From positions 1 through 64,000 of the IMG/VR virus record IMGVR_UViG_3300037140_000126: a stretch of 64,000 nt of DNA; one strand, 5' to 3'. Of this stretch, positions 27,902 through 38,001 are shown piece after piece. The DNA comes from a virus. Positions within the stretch are counted from its first letter, which is position 1, and the number at the start of each line of letters is the position of its first letter. Below the pieces are notes generated by a model. The model was not told the DNA's origin, ran no database searches, and was given only the letters and a program-made list of their open reading frames with translations. The position numbers and the translations under genes were made by a program.

Positions 27902-28426
27902 CTATTCCTCCTTGCGCCCTGGGTAGCGTTTTCTTACTTGCTCTTTCAAATTCTCGAAACCAACGACTTCTAACTCTTTGCGGGCGAGCCTAGCTTGCGC
28001 GTTCGCTTCCGCACCGAGCAATTCAGCTAGAGTCTTGATTGCATGACCACGTTGGCGGTAGGCTTCTAGGAATAATTTCGACCATTCTTCATGCACCAGA
28101 GATTTCTCATATTTCATGCGGGCTTCCTGCACACCTTTGTCCGTTGCCACCCTGTCCTTGATATAGCCCTCGGTAATGCCACTCTTGGCCGCTCTCTTGA
28201 TACGGAAAAATAAAGATGCTTTAGCTTTCTCAGCATCTAGGCTGGATTCTGCCTGAATTCGGCCGCGCATTTTCTTGACACGGTAGCGTGAAGCCTCAAG
28301 AAACAAAGCGGCCTGTTCGCGGTTCGCCGCAATGATATTCTCTTCGCTGAAGTCCAGCTTCTCAATCAGCGCGGAGACATCCACAGGCTCGTTCAGAATT
28401 TCGTCAAGATTAGATTTGTTTTTCAT
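27902..28426 (-). CDS. UvsY-like recombination mediator (tentative)
   Basis: All-helical 174 aa with ITEGYIKDRVATD and LEAYRQRGHAIK. Sits upstream of SSB and RecA. Confidence 0.5.
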   Translation of the reverse strand: MKNKSNLDEILNEPVDVSALIEKLDFSEENIIAANREQAALFLEASRYRVKKMRGRIQAESSLDAEKAKASLFFRIKRAAKSGITEGYIKDRVATDKGVQEARMKYEKSLVHEEWSKLFLEAYRQRGHAIKTLAELLGAEANAQARLARKELEVVGFENLKEQVRKRYPGRKEE

Positions 28427-28458
28427 GTCTCAATAAACATGATACAGGATTCGTATTA

Positions 28459-29145
28459 CTAGAAAAGTCCACTAAACTGTTTGTGTCTCCGCGTTTCTTC
28501 TGAATGATCTAATCGAGCAATTGCTACTTTGCAATATTTCTCTTCAAGCTCGATACCGATTGCCTTACGACCCAACTTCTTAGCAGCAACCAAAGTTGTA
28601 CCACTACCCATGAAAGGATCACAAAGCAATTGTCCTTCTAAAGTAAAAATAGAAATTAGGTATTGTGTCAACTCCATCGGTTTGGCAGATGGATGCTCAA
28701 TCTTTAGACGGTTAGCACCAAATGGTGCAAGCTTCTGCACGAAGTAATCCTTACGGCGTGTGTCCGGCTTCCCAGGACAATCCCCCCACCAAACAATCGG
28801 GTCCCAGCTCCACTGGACAGCGGTCGGTCGGAACTGCACAAAACCTTTGCATGCGGAAAAAATTCTATAGTCATGCGGAGAAAACCAACGGTGCCACTTT
28901 GTACAATTTGGTAGAGCCTGCCAAAACGCTTTAACTCCCGTTGGACACAACTTCTCGCAAAGAGATATTACACTAAGCATAAAAGCTTCATACTGTTCTG
29001 GTGAGTCCGTCCATGTTGCACGGTCGAAGGAGATCCCAAACGGTGGGTCCGTAAGCACACAATCCACAGAACCAATCTGCTGCAACACTTTCCTACAATC
29101 ACCCAAGAATATCTGAATACCATTCTTGTTGTAGTAGGGCTTCAC
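28459..29145 (-). CDS. DNA N6-adenine/N4-cytosine methyltransferase (beta class)
   Basis: LGDCR, LTDPPF, HPSAKP, DPFMGSGTT, IGIELEEKYC. GTG start overlaps the polymerase stop. Confidence 0.9.
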   Translation of the reverse strand: MKPYYNKNGIQIFLGDCRKVLQQIGSVDCVLTDPPFGISFDRATWTDSPEQYEAFMLSVISLCEKLCPTGVKAFWQALPNCTKWHRWFSPHDYRIFSACKGFVQFRPTAVQWSWDPIVWWGDCPGKPDTRRKDYFVQKLAPFGANRLKIEHPSAKPMELTQYLISIFTLEGQLLCDPFMGSGTTLVAAKKLGRKAIGIELEEKYCKVAIARLDHSEETRRHKQFSGLF

Positions 29146-31859
29146 TGGGCACCACGCACGGAGCGGATTTCTTTCCACAACTCACGCTGGCACTTCTGGT
29201 TCTCGACACACCAGTTTTCAAGAAACTGACCTAACTGCATACCCTCTTCTATGTCCACCATCACGCCGTAACGGAAACCAGCTTTAATATCAGCCTTGAA
29301 CGGCACGCGCCAGTCCAGCTTGAAATCTTTTTTGAGCGTGTCGATTACGTCGTGCTCCGCAAGCTGCTTGATAACAGCACGCCCTTCAAACAACCGGCGC
29401 AGACGAACACGAATAGACACAGCATCATGATTCTCGGATTCAGGCGTACGGATCAACTTGTATTTCTCGGGCTCTCTGTGCAGCAACGCAAGACAGATTA
29501 GTAATACCTGATGTGCCCCACCTTGGATAGGGGCATTTACTGCAAGATTTTCCCAGTAGCCACCTGTGTCCGCATTCACATCAATAGGACAACGGAAGCC
29601 TAGAATATTCTCGACGTAGCTTTTCTCTTCGGCCATTCTCCGCATACGGTCGATGAACGCTTTCACCCTCGCATAACGCTTGAAGTAACGAGCAAGCATT
29701 TCTGAAACCGCCTTGACGTTTGCAATCGTTTTACTCACGCCCTCACGCAACAGCCGCGTGACAATACCCTCAGCAGTAAGCCCATAAATCAGTCCAAAAT
29801 GAAAGCCCTTAATCGTTGTACGCTTGTCGCGGTCTTTCGCAATCAGTTCCCTCGGCCAGCCGGTCAACTCATGCCCGACTTCACAGTGAATGTCTTTGCC
29901 GCTACGAAACGTCTCAATCAGCGATTCATCTCCTGATGTCTGTGCGAGGAAGCGCAACTCGTTCTGCGCATAGTCGAATTTCAGATAGACGTAATAATCA
30001 AGAAAAGGTTTGTACCATTCGTCTGAGGTATGTTCTTTCCAGGCGTCATACAGTTCCCGCCAGTGCAAATCACTCACGAGCATATTTTCCACATGCTGGT
30101 CGCCTACGATGTTCTGCAAATTCACGGTCAGGAATTCTTCTCCTTCACGACTACCACCAGAGGACAATCTACCTGTCTTAGTGCCTGTGAGCCAGAATTT
30201 TGTAAAGAGCCTACCACCATGTGCAGCTGCACAATTCTTGAACGCCATTCGATATGTCGATTCCAGTTTACTATCAGACCGATATGCAATAATTTTCTTG
30301 GGCATTTCGTGGTAGTGGTCTAATGCTTCCAACGTGGCATGGCCAGTCGTTACTTTTTTACCTAGAACAGGCAGCTTTAACTTCCCATACAAAACCTTAG
30401 ATACTTGCAGAGGCGACCCTGGATTGAAATTTGGATCACCCGCCATTATTTGTAACTCTTCTTTTTGGCGTTTCAGGCGTGCCGGATAAATCTCACCCAA
30501 CAAGTCACATTGCTTCGCATCGAACCACGGACCGTTCTTCTCCATACGGTCCAGCGTAAACGCGGCATCCATGTAGACGTGCAACAGTGGCAGACTAATC
30601 TCTTTCTTCGTGCTAACTTCAATGCGCTTCGTCAAGTCAGCATCGGCTGCATTTCTCAGCACCAACCGTTTCCACGGGACTTTCGAGAAATCAAGTTTCC
30701 CTGCTTTCGTTGCAGCGTCGTATGTCATCCCTTCTGGTGCTGCCTCAGGCATGACAACTTCCTTGAAGCCTGTAAATTCAGGGAAGCGGACAGCGGCTAT
30801 CTCAGCAAGAGCATACGAACGGCGACCAGGATAGCGAAAGTATTCCGCATAGTTCGTATCGTAGTCGTAGCCCTCAATCTCATAGCCAAGCAAACTAGGG
30901 TTCTTATTCAAATCATAGGAACCGTGCTGCAAAGACTTCCTAATATTCTTGTCTGTAAGCAGTTCCTTGACATCGCTACGAAGTGCAGCACGGGTAATTG
31001 GGTCCAGTTTTTTGCGTTCTTCATGGTCGGCCAGATATACCCTAGCCCAACCTGGTCGAATCGAGAACGCCCAAGAAAGTGCAACACGCTTGCCATCTAC
31101 TTCGCCGTCCTCAAGATCAACCGCTACACGCACTTTCTTCGCAGCCTCCTGAATCTCATGCTTTGTTTCTATCGAGTCGTGAACCGTCGTGATACCCTTG
31201 TAGTCCTGCTCCTCTAGGTAACTGAATTTCCCACCTTTTTCTTTTGCAAATCTTGCGGCAGCTTTCAGACCCGCATCGAACGCATGATACTTAGCTTGTG
31301 GTGCCACACCCCTAAGGAAGTAGGCAGGATGGTCGAGCACAACCACACGGCCATTCAGCTTATCGGACCAGAATATCTTGTCACCATGATATTTATTCCC
31401 AAACAATTGCTTTGCGGCAACCTTTCCGAGAACGATATGAACTTTCGCTTTGGACTTCGCTATTGCTCGGTCAGTGTAGAGCGAACAGCAAAACAGTTCT
31501 TCCTTTGACGGATCACGCATGTGCAACTGGCCGTCTTTACGGTCAGCCGGAAAACAGCGTTGAACATTTTGTATGTCACACTGCTCACGCCTCAAACCCA
31601 CCTGTTTCATACGTGCCCAAAACCACTGTCCACTTTTGCCCCAGAGTTCTATGCCCTCTAGGTTCTCTTGAGGACCGGGAGATTGCGCCCACACGAATAT
31701 ATCTTTACCTTCTACTGTACCCTTGATTTTCTGGATGCCCTTGACTTCATTCAGCGGGCAGTATTTGCAACCGCGCAGATGCAATCGTGGGTTCTTCGAT
31801 TTCTTGCCGCGTTCGATTGGCCCCGCATCTGGCCACAATAAAGAGTGATGCTCAGCCAT
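29142..31859 (-). CDS. polA: family A DNA polymerase with N-terminal family-4 uracil-DNA glycosylase-like domain and 3'-5' exonuclease
   Basis: CKYCPL...RCFP...CC...DHPAY (UDG-like), DLED and HGSYD (exo), TGRLSS, NLQNI, DYAQNELR, KGFHFGLIYG, NAPIQG, NHDA. Confidence 0.9.
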   Translation of the reverse strand: MAEHHSLLWPDAGPIERGKKSKNPRLHLRGCKYCPLNEVKGIQKIKGTVEGKDIFVWAQSPGPQENLEGIELWGKSGQWFWARMKQVGLRREQCDIQNVQRCFPADRKDGQLHMRDPSKEELFCCSLYTDRAIAKSKAKVHIVLGKVAAKQLFGNKYHGDKIFWSDKLNGRVVVLDHPAYFLRGVAPQAKYHAFDAGLKAAARFAKEKGGKFSYLEEQDYKGITTVHDSIETKHEIQEAAKKVRVAVDLEDGEVDGKRVALSWAFSIRPGWARVYLADHEERKKLDPITRAALRSDVKELLTDKNIRKSLQHGSYDLNKNPSLLGYEIEGYDYDTNYAEYFRYPGRRSYALAEIAAVRFPEFTGFKEVVMPEAAPEGMTYDAATKAGKLDFSKVPWKRLVLRNAADADLTKRIEVSTKKEISLPLLHVYMDAAFTLDRMEKNGPWFDAKQCDLLGEIYPARLKRQKEELQIMAGDPNFNPGSPLQVSKVLYGKLKLPVLGKKVTTGHATLEALDHYHEMPKKIIAYRSDSKLESTYRMAFKNCAAAHGGRLFTKFWLTGTKTGRLSSGGSREGEEFLTVNLQNIVGDQHVENMLVSDLHWRELYDAWKEHTSDEWYKPFLDYYVYLKFDYAQNELRFLAQTSGDESLIETFRSGKDIHCEVGHELTGWPRELIAKDRDKRTTIKGFHFGLIYGLTAEGIVTRLLREGVSKTIANVKAVSEMLARYFKRYARVKAFIDRMRRMAEEKSYVENILGFRCPIDVNADTGGYWENLAVNAPIQGGAHQVLLICLALLHREPEKYKLIRTPESENHDAVSIRVRLRRLFEGRAVIKQLAEHDVIDTLKKDFKLDWRVPFKADIKAGFRYGVMVDIEEGMQLGQFLENWCVENQKCQRELWKEIRSVRGAQ

Positions 31860-31861
31860 TG

Positions 31862-32992
31862 CTACTTTCGTCGATCTACGACAATGGAAAGTTTGCCGGT
31901 TGTCAGCAAGTACGGCGTGTCGTCACCAAAATGCACATCGAGCACACAGTCTTTCTGCTTGCCAAGATATGTAAACAGCGGCAGCAACAAGTCTAGCGGC
32001 CAGTCGAGCACGAACGCTTTCTTTACAGGCTCTTCTACACGAAGGCGGTCACGAAATACGCCTTGGGGCAGCTTCGCTTCCATTTGAATCTCCGTAGCAC
32101 CCTCGTCAGCTTTGATTGCTACGAGCCATTCGTCTTTCTTCGCGGACGCAAGATACAGGCCGAATCTATCGGCTATCGTGCTAAAACGCTTTGCCTGAAC
32201 ACTAAAACGCTTTTCACACTTCAGGCCAGTCTTAATCAGTACGTCGATTTTCTCATGTGGAAAACCCTTCTGTGCTTTAATAGAAATAGGCTGCCAGATA
32301 GTGCCACAGGAAAACTTAAGCGCGAACGTTTTCTCGTATAAGAGGATTTCCTTGATGCCTTCGGCAGCAAGATGTGGCACAAGGGATAACGGGACGGCAA
32401 GCGTGTCAGGCATCTGTGCTTTGACTTTCTCACTCATGCGGATTGCCAGTAGTTGGTTCGAACCGTAAAACTCTACACCCGATCCATTGCGCCGCAAGTA
32501 GACACAGTTGAGTTCCGGTACTGTTGTATCGGCGGTCGCACAACTCGACACAACTTTCATTGCTTCAAGCACACCCTCAGACAGTTCAAGCACAGTATGC
32601 TTGCCCTCAAGTGACCCAGCGGCATGATATCCAACACCAGTATCGGCACAGTCGAATACCGCTTTTCTTCTCCCTTGCTGCACACGCAACTGGCCCTTGT
32701 TAATCGTAAACACAAAGGGCTTCTCCGACTTCGTTACAGCCGCAACATTCAGAAACGGAAATAATAGACTACGGGCGCAGAACAACACGGGTCCGCCTAT
32801 TTCGCCGACATCAAGTTTTACATGCACATCGCCACACACTTCCGCCGCCAACGCAAGGCCCAACCTATAATTTATCGAGAGGTCCAAGCGGATGAATGTG
32901 GAGCTAGGAAATCCAGTCACACTTGGCACTAAATCGACAACGCGCACGATCTCCAGCAGTTTCTTGCTGTCAACAGAAAACTCTCGCATCAT
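31862..32992 (-). CDS. DNA polymerase III beta-like sliding clamp
   Basis: 376-aa length, three-domain alpha/beta pattern, ELNCVYL, GSNQLLA, FPHEKI, DTPYLL. Sits between Pol and MTase, with a DnaX-like loader nearby. Confidence 0.65.
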   Translation of the reverse strand: MMREFSVDSKKLLEIVRVVDLVPSVTGFPSSTFIRLDLSINYRLGLALAAEVCGDVHVKLDVGEIGGPVLFCARSLLFPFLNVAAVTKSEKPFVFTINKGQLRVQQGRRKAVFDCADTGVGYHAAGSLEGKHTVLELSEGVLEAMKVVSSCATADTTVPELNCVYLRRNGSGVEFYGSNQLLAIRMSEKVKAQMPDTLAVPLSLVPHLAAEGIKEILLYEKTFALKFSCGTIWQPISIKAQKGFPHEKIDVLIKTGLKCEKRFSVQAKRFSTIADRFGLYLASAKKDEWLVAIKADEGATEIQMEAKLPQGVFRDRLRVEEPVKKAFVLDWPLDLLLPLFTYLGKQKDCVLDVHFGDDTPYLLTTGKLSIVVDRRK

Positions 32993-33001
32993 TCACCTCG
33001 A

Positions 33002-34360
33002 TCACAATTCAAATAGGCCCTTAAATCCCTTTGACACCAGCTTGCGGGCAGTCTTGCAGCGGGCAAAACGCGACACGGCCATCTCACAGTAACTAGGTGC
33101 AAGATCAATACCAATAGCGTCGCGGGATAAGGCTTTGGCCACACGGCAAACTGTGCCACTTCCCACAAATGGATCAAGAACTATGCAAGGTACTGCATGC
33201 TGGCCTCGACATGAACAGGTCGGCCGCCAGCCGATTGTCTCAGAACCGCGTACCACTCCCGGGCCTAGCTGGTTTCCTTCAACAACATACATCGCCGCGT
33301 TTTTCGTATCTCCGACATGAGACAGTGGATTTCCAGACCGGGATGTTTTTGTCACACGCTCCCAAGGTGTGCCACATTTCGCACAGGCACCTTTCTCGCT
33401 AGTTGCAGCCAAAATGCATAATCTCGGTAATTTCTCCGGGAATCCTGCGAAGTGGGCTTCGGAATACGGCTGCGTGGGGAACGTCCAGACATTGCGGACA
33501 TTGCGAACATCTCTAGTCCTGTTGTTCATGCTCGCGCCAGTTGCTTTCTCTCTACCAAATGATTGCTTATCTTTTTCAGACGTTGGCATAAAATCTATGC
33601 CACGATAGCCAACGCTAGCCGGTTCGCACACAGAATCCGCGTCCCAAAAGTATTTGGAACTCTTCGTGAGCATGATGATGTGCTCATAGGCGTCGGTCGG
33701 GCGGTCGGTTACGCTTTCTGGCATGGGATTGGGCTTCGACCAAATTATCATCGAGCGCACATACCAGCCATCTGATTGCGCCGCGATTGCCACACGAGAA
33801 GGAATCAGGCAGAGGTCTTTGGGTTTTATCTCATCCGTTACGTTTGGACGCATTGCCGTTGAATCTTTAGCGTTATTATTTCGGAGTGAATCCTTAACCG
33901 TTGAATTTCTACCACCACTAGAGTACGAGTCACCCACATTCCAAAATAAAACTCCATCCTTCCGCAGCACACGCCGTAATTCACGCAGGATCGTGACGGT
34001 GTGCTCGATGTACATGCTAATTTTCGGCTCAAGGCCGAATGCGCCGCGCCAAGCACCACAAGTGCCACAAGTACCACAAGTGCCGGGATCAAAATGGCTC
34101 CCACGGACAGATCGTTGTTTGGCCGATCCGCCCCCACTCATTGATTTAGAATCTTCATTTTTCCAGTTATGCTCGCATCCCTTAACACCACCCCACACCA
34201 ATTCCTGCTCGCCAGCATATTTCCGCAATCCCCAATAAGGCGGCGACGTGATAATACATTGAACGCTTTCAGGTTCAAGTCCCCGCAGAACTTTTCTGCA
34301 ATCGCCGCCATAAATAGTTATGCCGTTCTTCGGGCCATAATAGGGTTTCAATTTACTCAT
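33002..34360 (-). CDS. DNA N4-cytosine/N6-adenine methyltransferase with Cys-rich inserts
   Basis: GDCR, ITSPPYW, WNVGDSY, WSKPNPMPES, HFAGFP, LDPFVGSGT, IGIDL. Confidence 0.9.
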   Translation of the reverse strand: MSKLKPYYGPKNGITIYGGDCRKVLRGLEPESVQCIITSPPYWGLRKYAGEQELVWGGVKGCEHNWKNEDSKSMSGGGSAKQRSVRGSHFDPGTCGTCGTCGAWRGAFGLEPKISMYIEHTVTILRELRRVLRKDGVLFWNVGDSYSSGGRNSTVKDSLRNNNAKDSTAMRPNVTDEIKPKDLCLIPSRVAIAAQSDGWYVRSMIIWSKPNPMPESVTDRPTDAYEHIIMLTKSSKYFWDADSVCEPASVGYRGIDFMPTSEKDKQSFGREKATGASMNNRTRDVRNVRNVWTFPTQPYSEAHFAGFPEKLPRLCILAATSEKGACAKCGTPWERVTKTSRSGNPLSHVGDTKNAAMYVVEGNQLGPGVVRGSETIGWRPTCSCRGQHAVPCIVLDPFVGSGTVCRVAKALSRDAIGIDLAPSYCEMAVSRFARCKTARKLVSKGFKGLFEL

Positions 34361-34731
34361 CTGGCCAGCACCACATGCTTTTCAATCCAGCTACGGGCAC
34401 TCGTGCTGTGCGTCTGACTAAACGGTGATTCTATTTGCGTCACAGAAACTCCAAACTTCTCTGCAAGAAATATAGGACAGATTTTTCTATCCGGACACTC
34501 TTCCCGGCATTCTCGTGCTTTCTCGTTATACCCGTATTCGAGTACTCGGCCGTTCGGCCCTACAATGACAGGCTTGCCAAAGCACCAAGCACTATAAGGA
34601 GCGTCTTGGCCACGCTTGTAGCAAGAACGGCACACCCGCGTCGAAGGGAAGTAACTCAACGTCCGCACATCGGACTCCCGAAAGCGGTTCCGGCACAAAA
34701 CGCATTCGAGCACTGGACTATTGGAAGTCAC
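34357..34731 (-). CDS. hypothetical Cys-rich Zn-binding protein
   Basis: CVLC, CRSC, CREEC...C. Start uncertain (GTG 34731 chosen). Confidence 0.55.
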   Translation of the reverse strand: MTSNSPVLECVLCRNRFRESDVRTLSYFPSTRVCRSCYKRGQDAPYSAWCFGKPVIVGPNGRVLEYGYNEKARECREECPDRKICPIFLAEKFGVSVTQIESPFSQTHSTSARSWIEKHVVLAR

Positions 34732-34735
34732 ATAA

Positions 34736-35314
34736 TCATGATACAGGATCGCAATACTTCTTGCGTATCGGCTCGAAGCTTCTCCGCCAAGTTTCCCGTC
34801 GCAATAGGTATGCAAAGTCGTCACGCTCAAAACGATACTTCGTGGCAATCTTTAGCAACTCTTTTCGGGCAACGCGAAATCGTGGGCCAGTGGAAACAAT
34901 AGCATCTCTCGTAAAAATCCATTGATGCAGACACTTCAAAAGATGGGGGGACGCTTCGGCAAGAATATGGTGCAAACTCGACACGGCGTGCAAGGCCTTT
35001 TCAGTTTCGTCGTTCTCAATCAGCTTGTGCTCGACATCCGCAATAGGAACAATCTCGGCAGTGCGCTTCTGATAAAACTTGTCATGCACGATGCTGTAAT
35101 AGAAATGGTCAAGTGCTGCGTATAGGTAGGTCGTAAACTTTCCACCGGATGGTTTGTAGCGCGGGAACACATGAAAGCGAGTGAACAAAACACCCTCTTG
35201 AATCAGGTCGTCTACGTCGAGCCAAACTTTGTACTGTGAGGGAAGTTTACACCATGTCTGGAACGCTTTCTGCGCAATCATCGGCAGGTAGCTTTCAAGT
35301 TCAGGGCATTGCAT
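34736..35314 (-). CDS. RNA polymerase sigma-factor-like protein
   Basis: LDVDDLIQEG...RYKPSGGKFTTYLY resembles sigma region 2. Confidence 0.65.
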   Translation of the reverse strand: MQCPELESYLPMIAQKAFQTWCKLPSQYKVWLDVDDLIQEGVLFTRFHVFPRYKPSGGKFTTYLYAALDHFYYSIVHDKFYQKRTAEIVPIADVEHKLIENDETEKALHAVSSLHHILAEASPHLLKCLHQWIFTRDAIVSTGPRFRVARKELLKIATKYRFERDDFAYLLRRETWRRSFEPIRKKYCDPVS

Positions 35315-35443
35315 GTATTTCCTCCACGATCTGAATTTAACAGCGTCAAAATACGCAGCATCTTGAAACAGTGTTTATGCAAATTGCAAGCACTTCTTTC
35401 GGAGGAAATTCACAGCTGTTAAAATCCTGTGCAAATCCAGTTC

Positions 35444-36415
35444 TTATGGTAACCTCCACAACTCTTGACGCATCCCAATCAGTTCGTTCAACTCGTACTC
35501 AGCGAGCCATTCCGTAAAAGTGGCAAACGATTCGTCAGTCAATTTCCTTTTTTCTCGCAGAAAGGATTCACGGGTCAAGTCTGCCGCAACCCAACTAAGA
35601 TTTTTCCGCACATCTTCAGGAAGCCGCACATCGTCCACCGAGCATACGATCTGCGACAACGAATAATTGCGGCGGACCTTTCCCCACATATTGCCGAGGG
35701 TCTGAAAGTTCTGCTTGACGATCCACTGGTGCTTTTTGAAGTCCTCAAATGACGGATCAAGTCCAGCCTGAATCATTTTGATTGCCGTCTTCGGCCCTAG
35801 CCCTGTGGCAATCTTCGGTATGTTGTCGGTCGGATCGCCAGTCAGTGCTTTTACTTTGACCCATTCTTGCGGGCGAATGCCTATTTCTTCTCCTACTTCG
35901 TCTTCGAACATGACATGCTCGGGTGCATCCTTATCGTAACCGCGCAGAACGCCCACCTTATCCGTAACAAGCTGGTAGAAGTCTTTGTCCGTCGAATAGA
36001 TCACAACATTCTCAAATAGCTTTTTCTTGATTGCAACTTCCGCGAGAATGCCGATCAAATCGTCCGCTTCGAGGCAGTCACATTCAAACTCCCGAAAACC
36101 TGCTTCGCATAATGCTTTTCGCAGAATAGGAATCTGTGGAAATGCAGGGGCCATGTCTTCATTCGGGGGACCCTGACGGTGGCCCTTGTACGTGCCATTC
36201 GTAATTGCGTGCCGCCATGTTTCACCACGGCCGTCCCAGACGAACACGAACGCACTTTGCGGCATATGCTTTGCTAGAGCAGCAATCATTTTCAGAGCAC
36301 CATACAACACGCTCGTACATCGCCCTCGGCTGGACAAATGCCGGTGCACCCAATGTGCCCTGTAAATTAAATTCCTCGCATCAGTTAAAACTAGGGTATC
36401 AACTTTGTCAGTCAT
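35444..36415 (-). CDS. 5'-3' exonuclease / RNase H (FEN, PolI N-terminal-like)
   Basis: LTDARNLIYRA, FVWDG, YKGHR, LEADDLIG, STDKDFYQL, LTGDPTDNIP, GLGPKTA. Confidence 0.92.
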   Translation of the reverse strand: MTDKVDTLVLTDARNLIYRAHWVHRHLSSRGRCTSVLYGALKMIAALAKHMPQSAFVFVWDGRGETWRHAITNGTYKGHRQGPPNEDMAPAFPQIPILRKALCEAGFREFECDCLEADDLIGILAEVAIKKKLFENVVIYSTDKDFYQLVTDKVGVLRGYDKDAPEHVMFEDEVGEEIGIRPQEWVKVKALTGDPTDNIPKIATGLGPKTAIKMIQAGLDPSFEDFKKHQWIVKQNFQTLGNMWGKVRRNYSLSQIVCSVDDVRLPEDVRKNLSWVAADLTRESFLREKRKLTDESFATFTEWLAEYELNELIGMRQELWRLP

Positions 36416-37343
36416 TCAAAGACACTCCCACACGCAGTCGTAACTCTAAACTCTCAGTCAACGGAGCCCTTTGTATCCACAAATCCTCACGCATCGCAGG
36501 AGTCATGTCAGCGGCGTCTTTCACAATCCTAGAGGGAGGCACAACCCATACGTTGTGATGCAGCGCAAGCTGCTTGCCGACAGAAAAGAATCCCAGCAAT
36601 CCAACCAAGTCCGCGTCGGGCCACAAAATTATACTCTCGTAGGGGTCAAGACGGTGCTCTTGCTCCTCCGTCATGCTGTGCCCTAACAGTGCGAGCACAT
36701 CGTAGTTCTCCGGCAAGCTACGTTCTAGTGCGAGACAATCAAACACACCCTCGCACAATACAGCTTTCTTGTTCCTGTTCTTCGGCAGATTGTAAATTGC
36801 TTTCATTCCAACCGAGTTGAGGTACTTCGGCTCCTGCTTGCCCGTGCAATCCCGAGCCACAAGCCCTTTCAGCGTCTTACCATAGTAAACAGGAAAAATA
36901 ATCCGGTAGGCATAGCGCCCGACAAACGACACGCCAATTTTCTTTTCTTTAATCTGCCCATACGAAACGCCTCGGTTTAGCAAATAACTGCGGGCGCGGA
37001 GAAACAGTGTGTCACTGTGAGGGTCTGTAAGGAACATAAAATCGTCGGGGAGGGAAGGTGGCCCTGACACCCTCCGCTCCTCGACACTTGGTGTGTTCGC
37101 GTCCTTCCCAGACAGAACACCCAAATCCAATACTTCTGCAAGGTCAGTGAGTGCATCGTTGCTGCCGGTATCGCAGTTGAAGCAGTGGTATTTATTTTTT
37201 CTGGTATTGAAGCCAAAACGAAAGCGTGTCTCAAAACAGAACGGGCAGCAAATAGCATATTCATCTGGGTCCGAAAGGTTGCGCCGATAGCGTACGCCTC
37301 GGCTGTCCAGCAAGTGCAACAATTCTTGGAAGCCTTCAATCAT
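36408..37343 (-). CDS. DNA primase (Zn finger + TOPRIM)
   Basis: CPFC...HCFNC, RIIFPV, PKYLNS, LCEGVFD, WPDADLVG. Confidence 0.88.
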   Translation of the reverse strand: MIEGFQELLHLLDSRGVRYRRNLSDPDEYAICCPFCFETRFRFGFNTRKNKYHCFNCDTGSNDALTDLAEVLDLGVLSGKDANTPSVEERRVSGPPSLPDDFMFLTDPHSDTLFLRARSYLLNRGVSYGQIKEKKIGVSFVGRYAYRIIFPVYYGKTLKGLVARDCTGKQEPKYLNSVGMKAIYNLPKNRNKKAVLCEGVFDCLALERSLPENYDVLALLGHSMTEEQEHRLDPYESIILWPDADLVGLLGFFSVGKQLALHHNVWVVPPSRIVKDAADMTPAMREDLWIQRAPLTESLELRLRVGVSLND

Positions 37344-37506
37344 CTTTCCGTGACTCCGCGATTATAGGTAACAGTTCTTTCCGTACAGCTTGAATACAGT
37401 CCTCGCAGACTTCACCCTCTTCCCACGGAGAGTTTTGGGCGGCGCTTAGCCAATGGTGAAGCCACTGCGCCATCTTCAGTATTGTCGCTTCATCAGGCGT
37501 TTTCAT
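37336..37506 (-). CDS. hypothetical 56-aa protein (not in ORF track)
   Basis: MKTPDEATILKMAQWLHHWLSAAQ...RKDD fills the gap and overlaps both neighbours. Confidence 0.5.
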   Translation of the reverse strand: MKTPDEATILKMAQWLHHWLSAAQNSPWEEGEVCEDCIQAVRKELLPIIAESRKDD

Positions 37507-37766
37507 CGAACGATGTTTGCCCTCGTGAGCACAGAGTTAATCAAACCAGTTTCGATTTCCAAAGCCTCTAGCCCGGCGCGAATCAGTGCAACGAATTCAT
37601 GGGGCTTCAATACAGGAACGTGATGCCTCACGTCTAGTGAAATATGCCGAATCTGGTAACCGTAATCATGCGAGTGCTTGTCATTCTCATAGATCAGGTC
37701 GATCTTTTCTCTCGGTGTGTTCCGCAGCGTTGCTACGATCTTTTCCAATTCAAACCTCCTTCGCAC
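37503..37766 (-). CDS. hypothetical protein
   Basis: In-operon overlapping ORF. Confidence 0.5.
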   Translation of the reverse strand: MRRRFELEKIVATLRNTPREKIDLIYENDKHSHDYGYQIRHISLDVRHHVPVLKPHEFVALIRAGLEALEIETGLINSVLTRANIVR

Positions 37767-38001
37767 CCACGAAGATACGAAGATTGCAAAACCTACAGTA
37801 GGTACAACGACCGCTATGGATCAGCTTGTCACCATCCATACAGCCATCATTCTGATCGAATCCGTGCTTGTTGTTTTCTAATGAATGGCCACAGTCAGGA
37901 CACATCTGAAGATTAATACCGGCCGGGTCCAATACCAAATCCAAGTCTTCCACGATATGCTGTGGAATCTTGGGATCAACAGGTTTCTCGCTCATATTCA
38001 A
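37750..38001 (-). CDS. hypothetical Zn-binding protein
   Basis: CPDCGH...C...CTYCRFC. Confidence 0.55.
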   Translation of the reverse strand: MNMSEKPVDPKIPQHIVEDLDLVLDPAGINLQMCPDCGHSLENNKHGFDQNDGCMDGDKLIHSGRCTYCRFCNLRIFVGAKEV

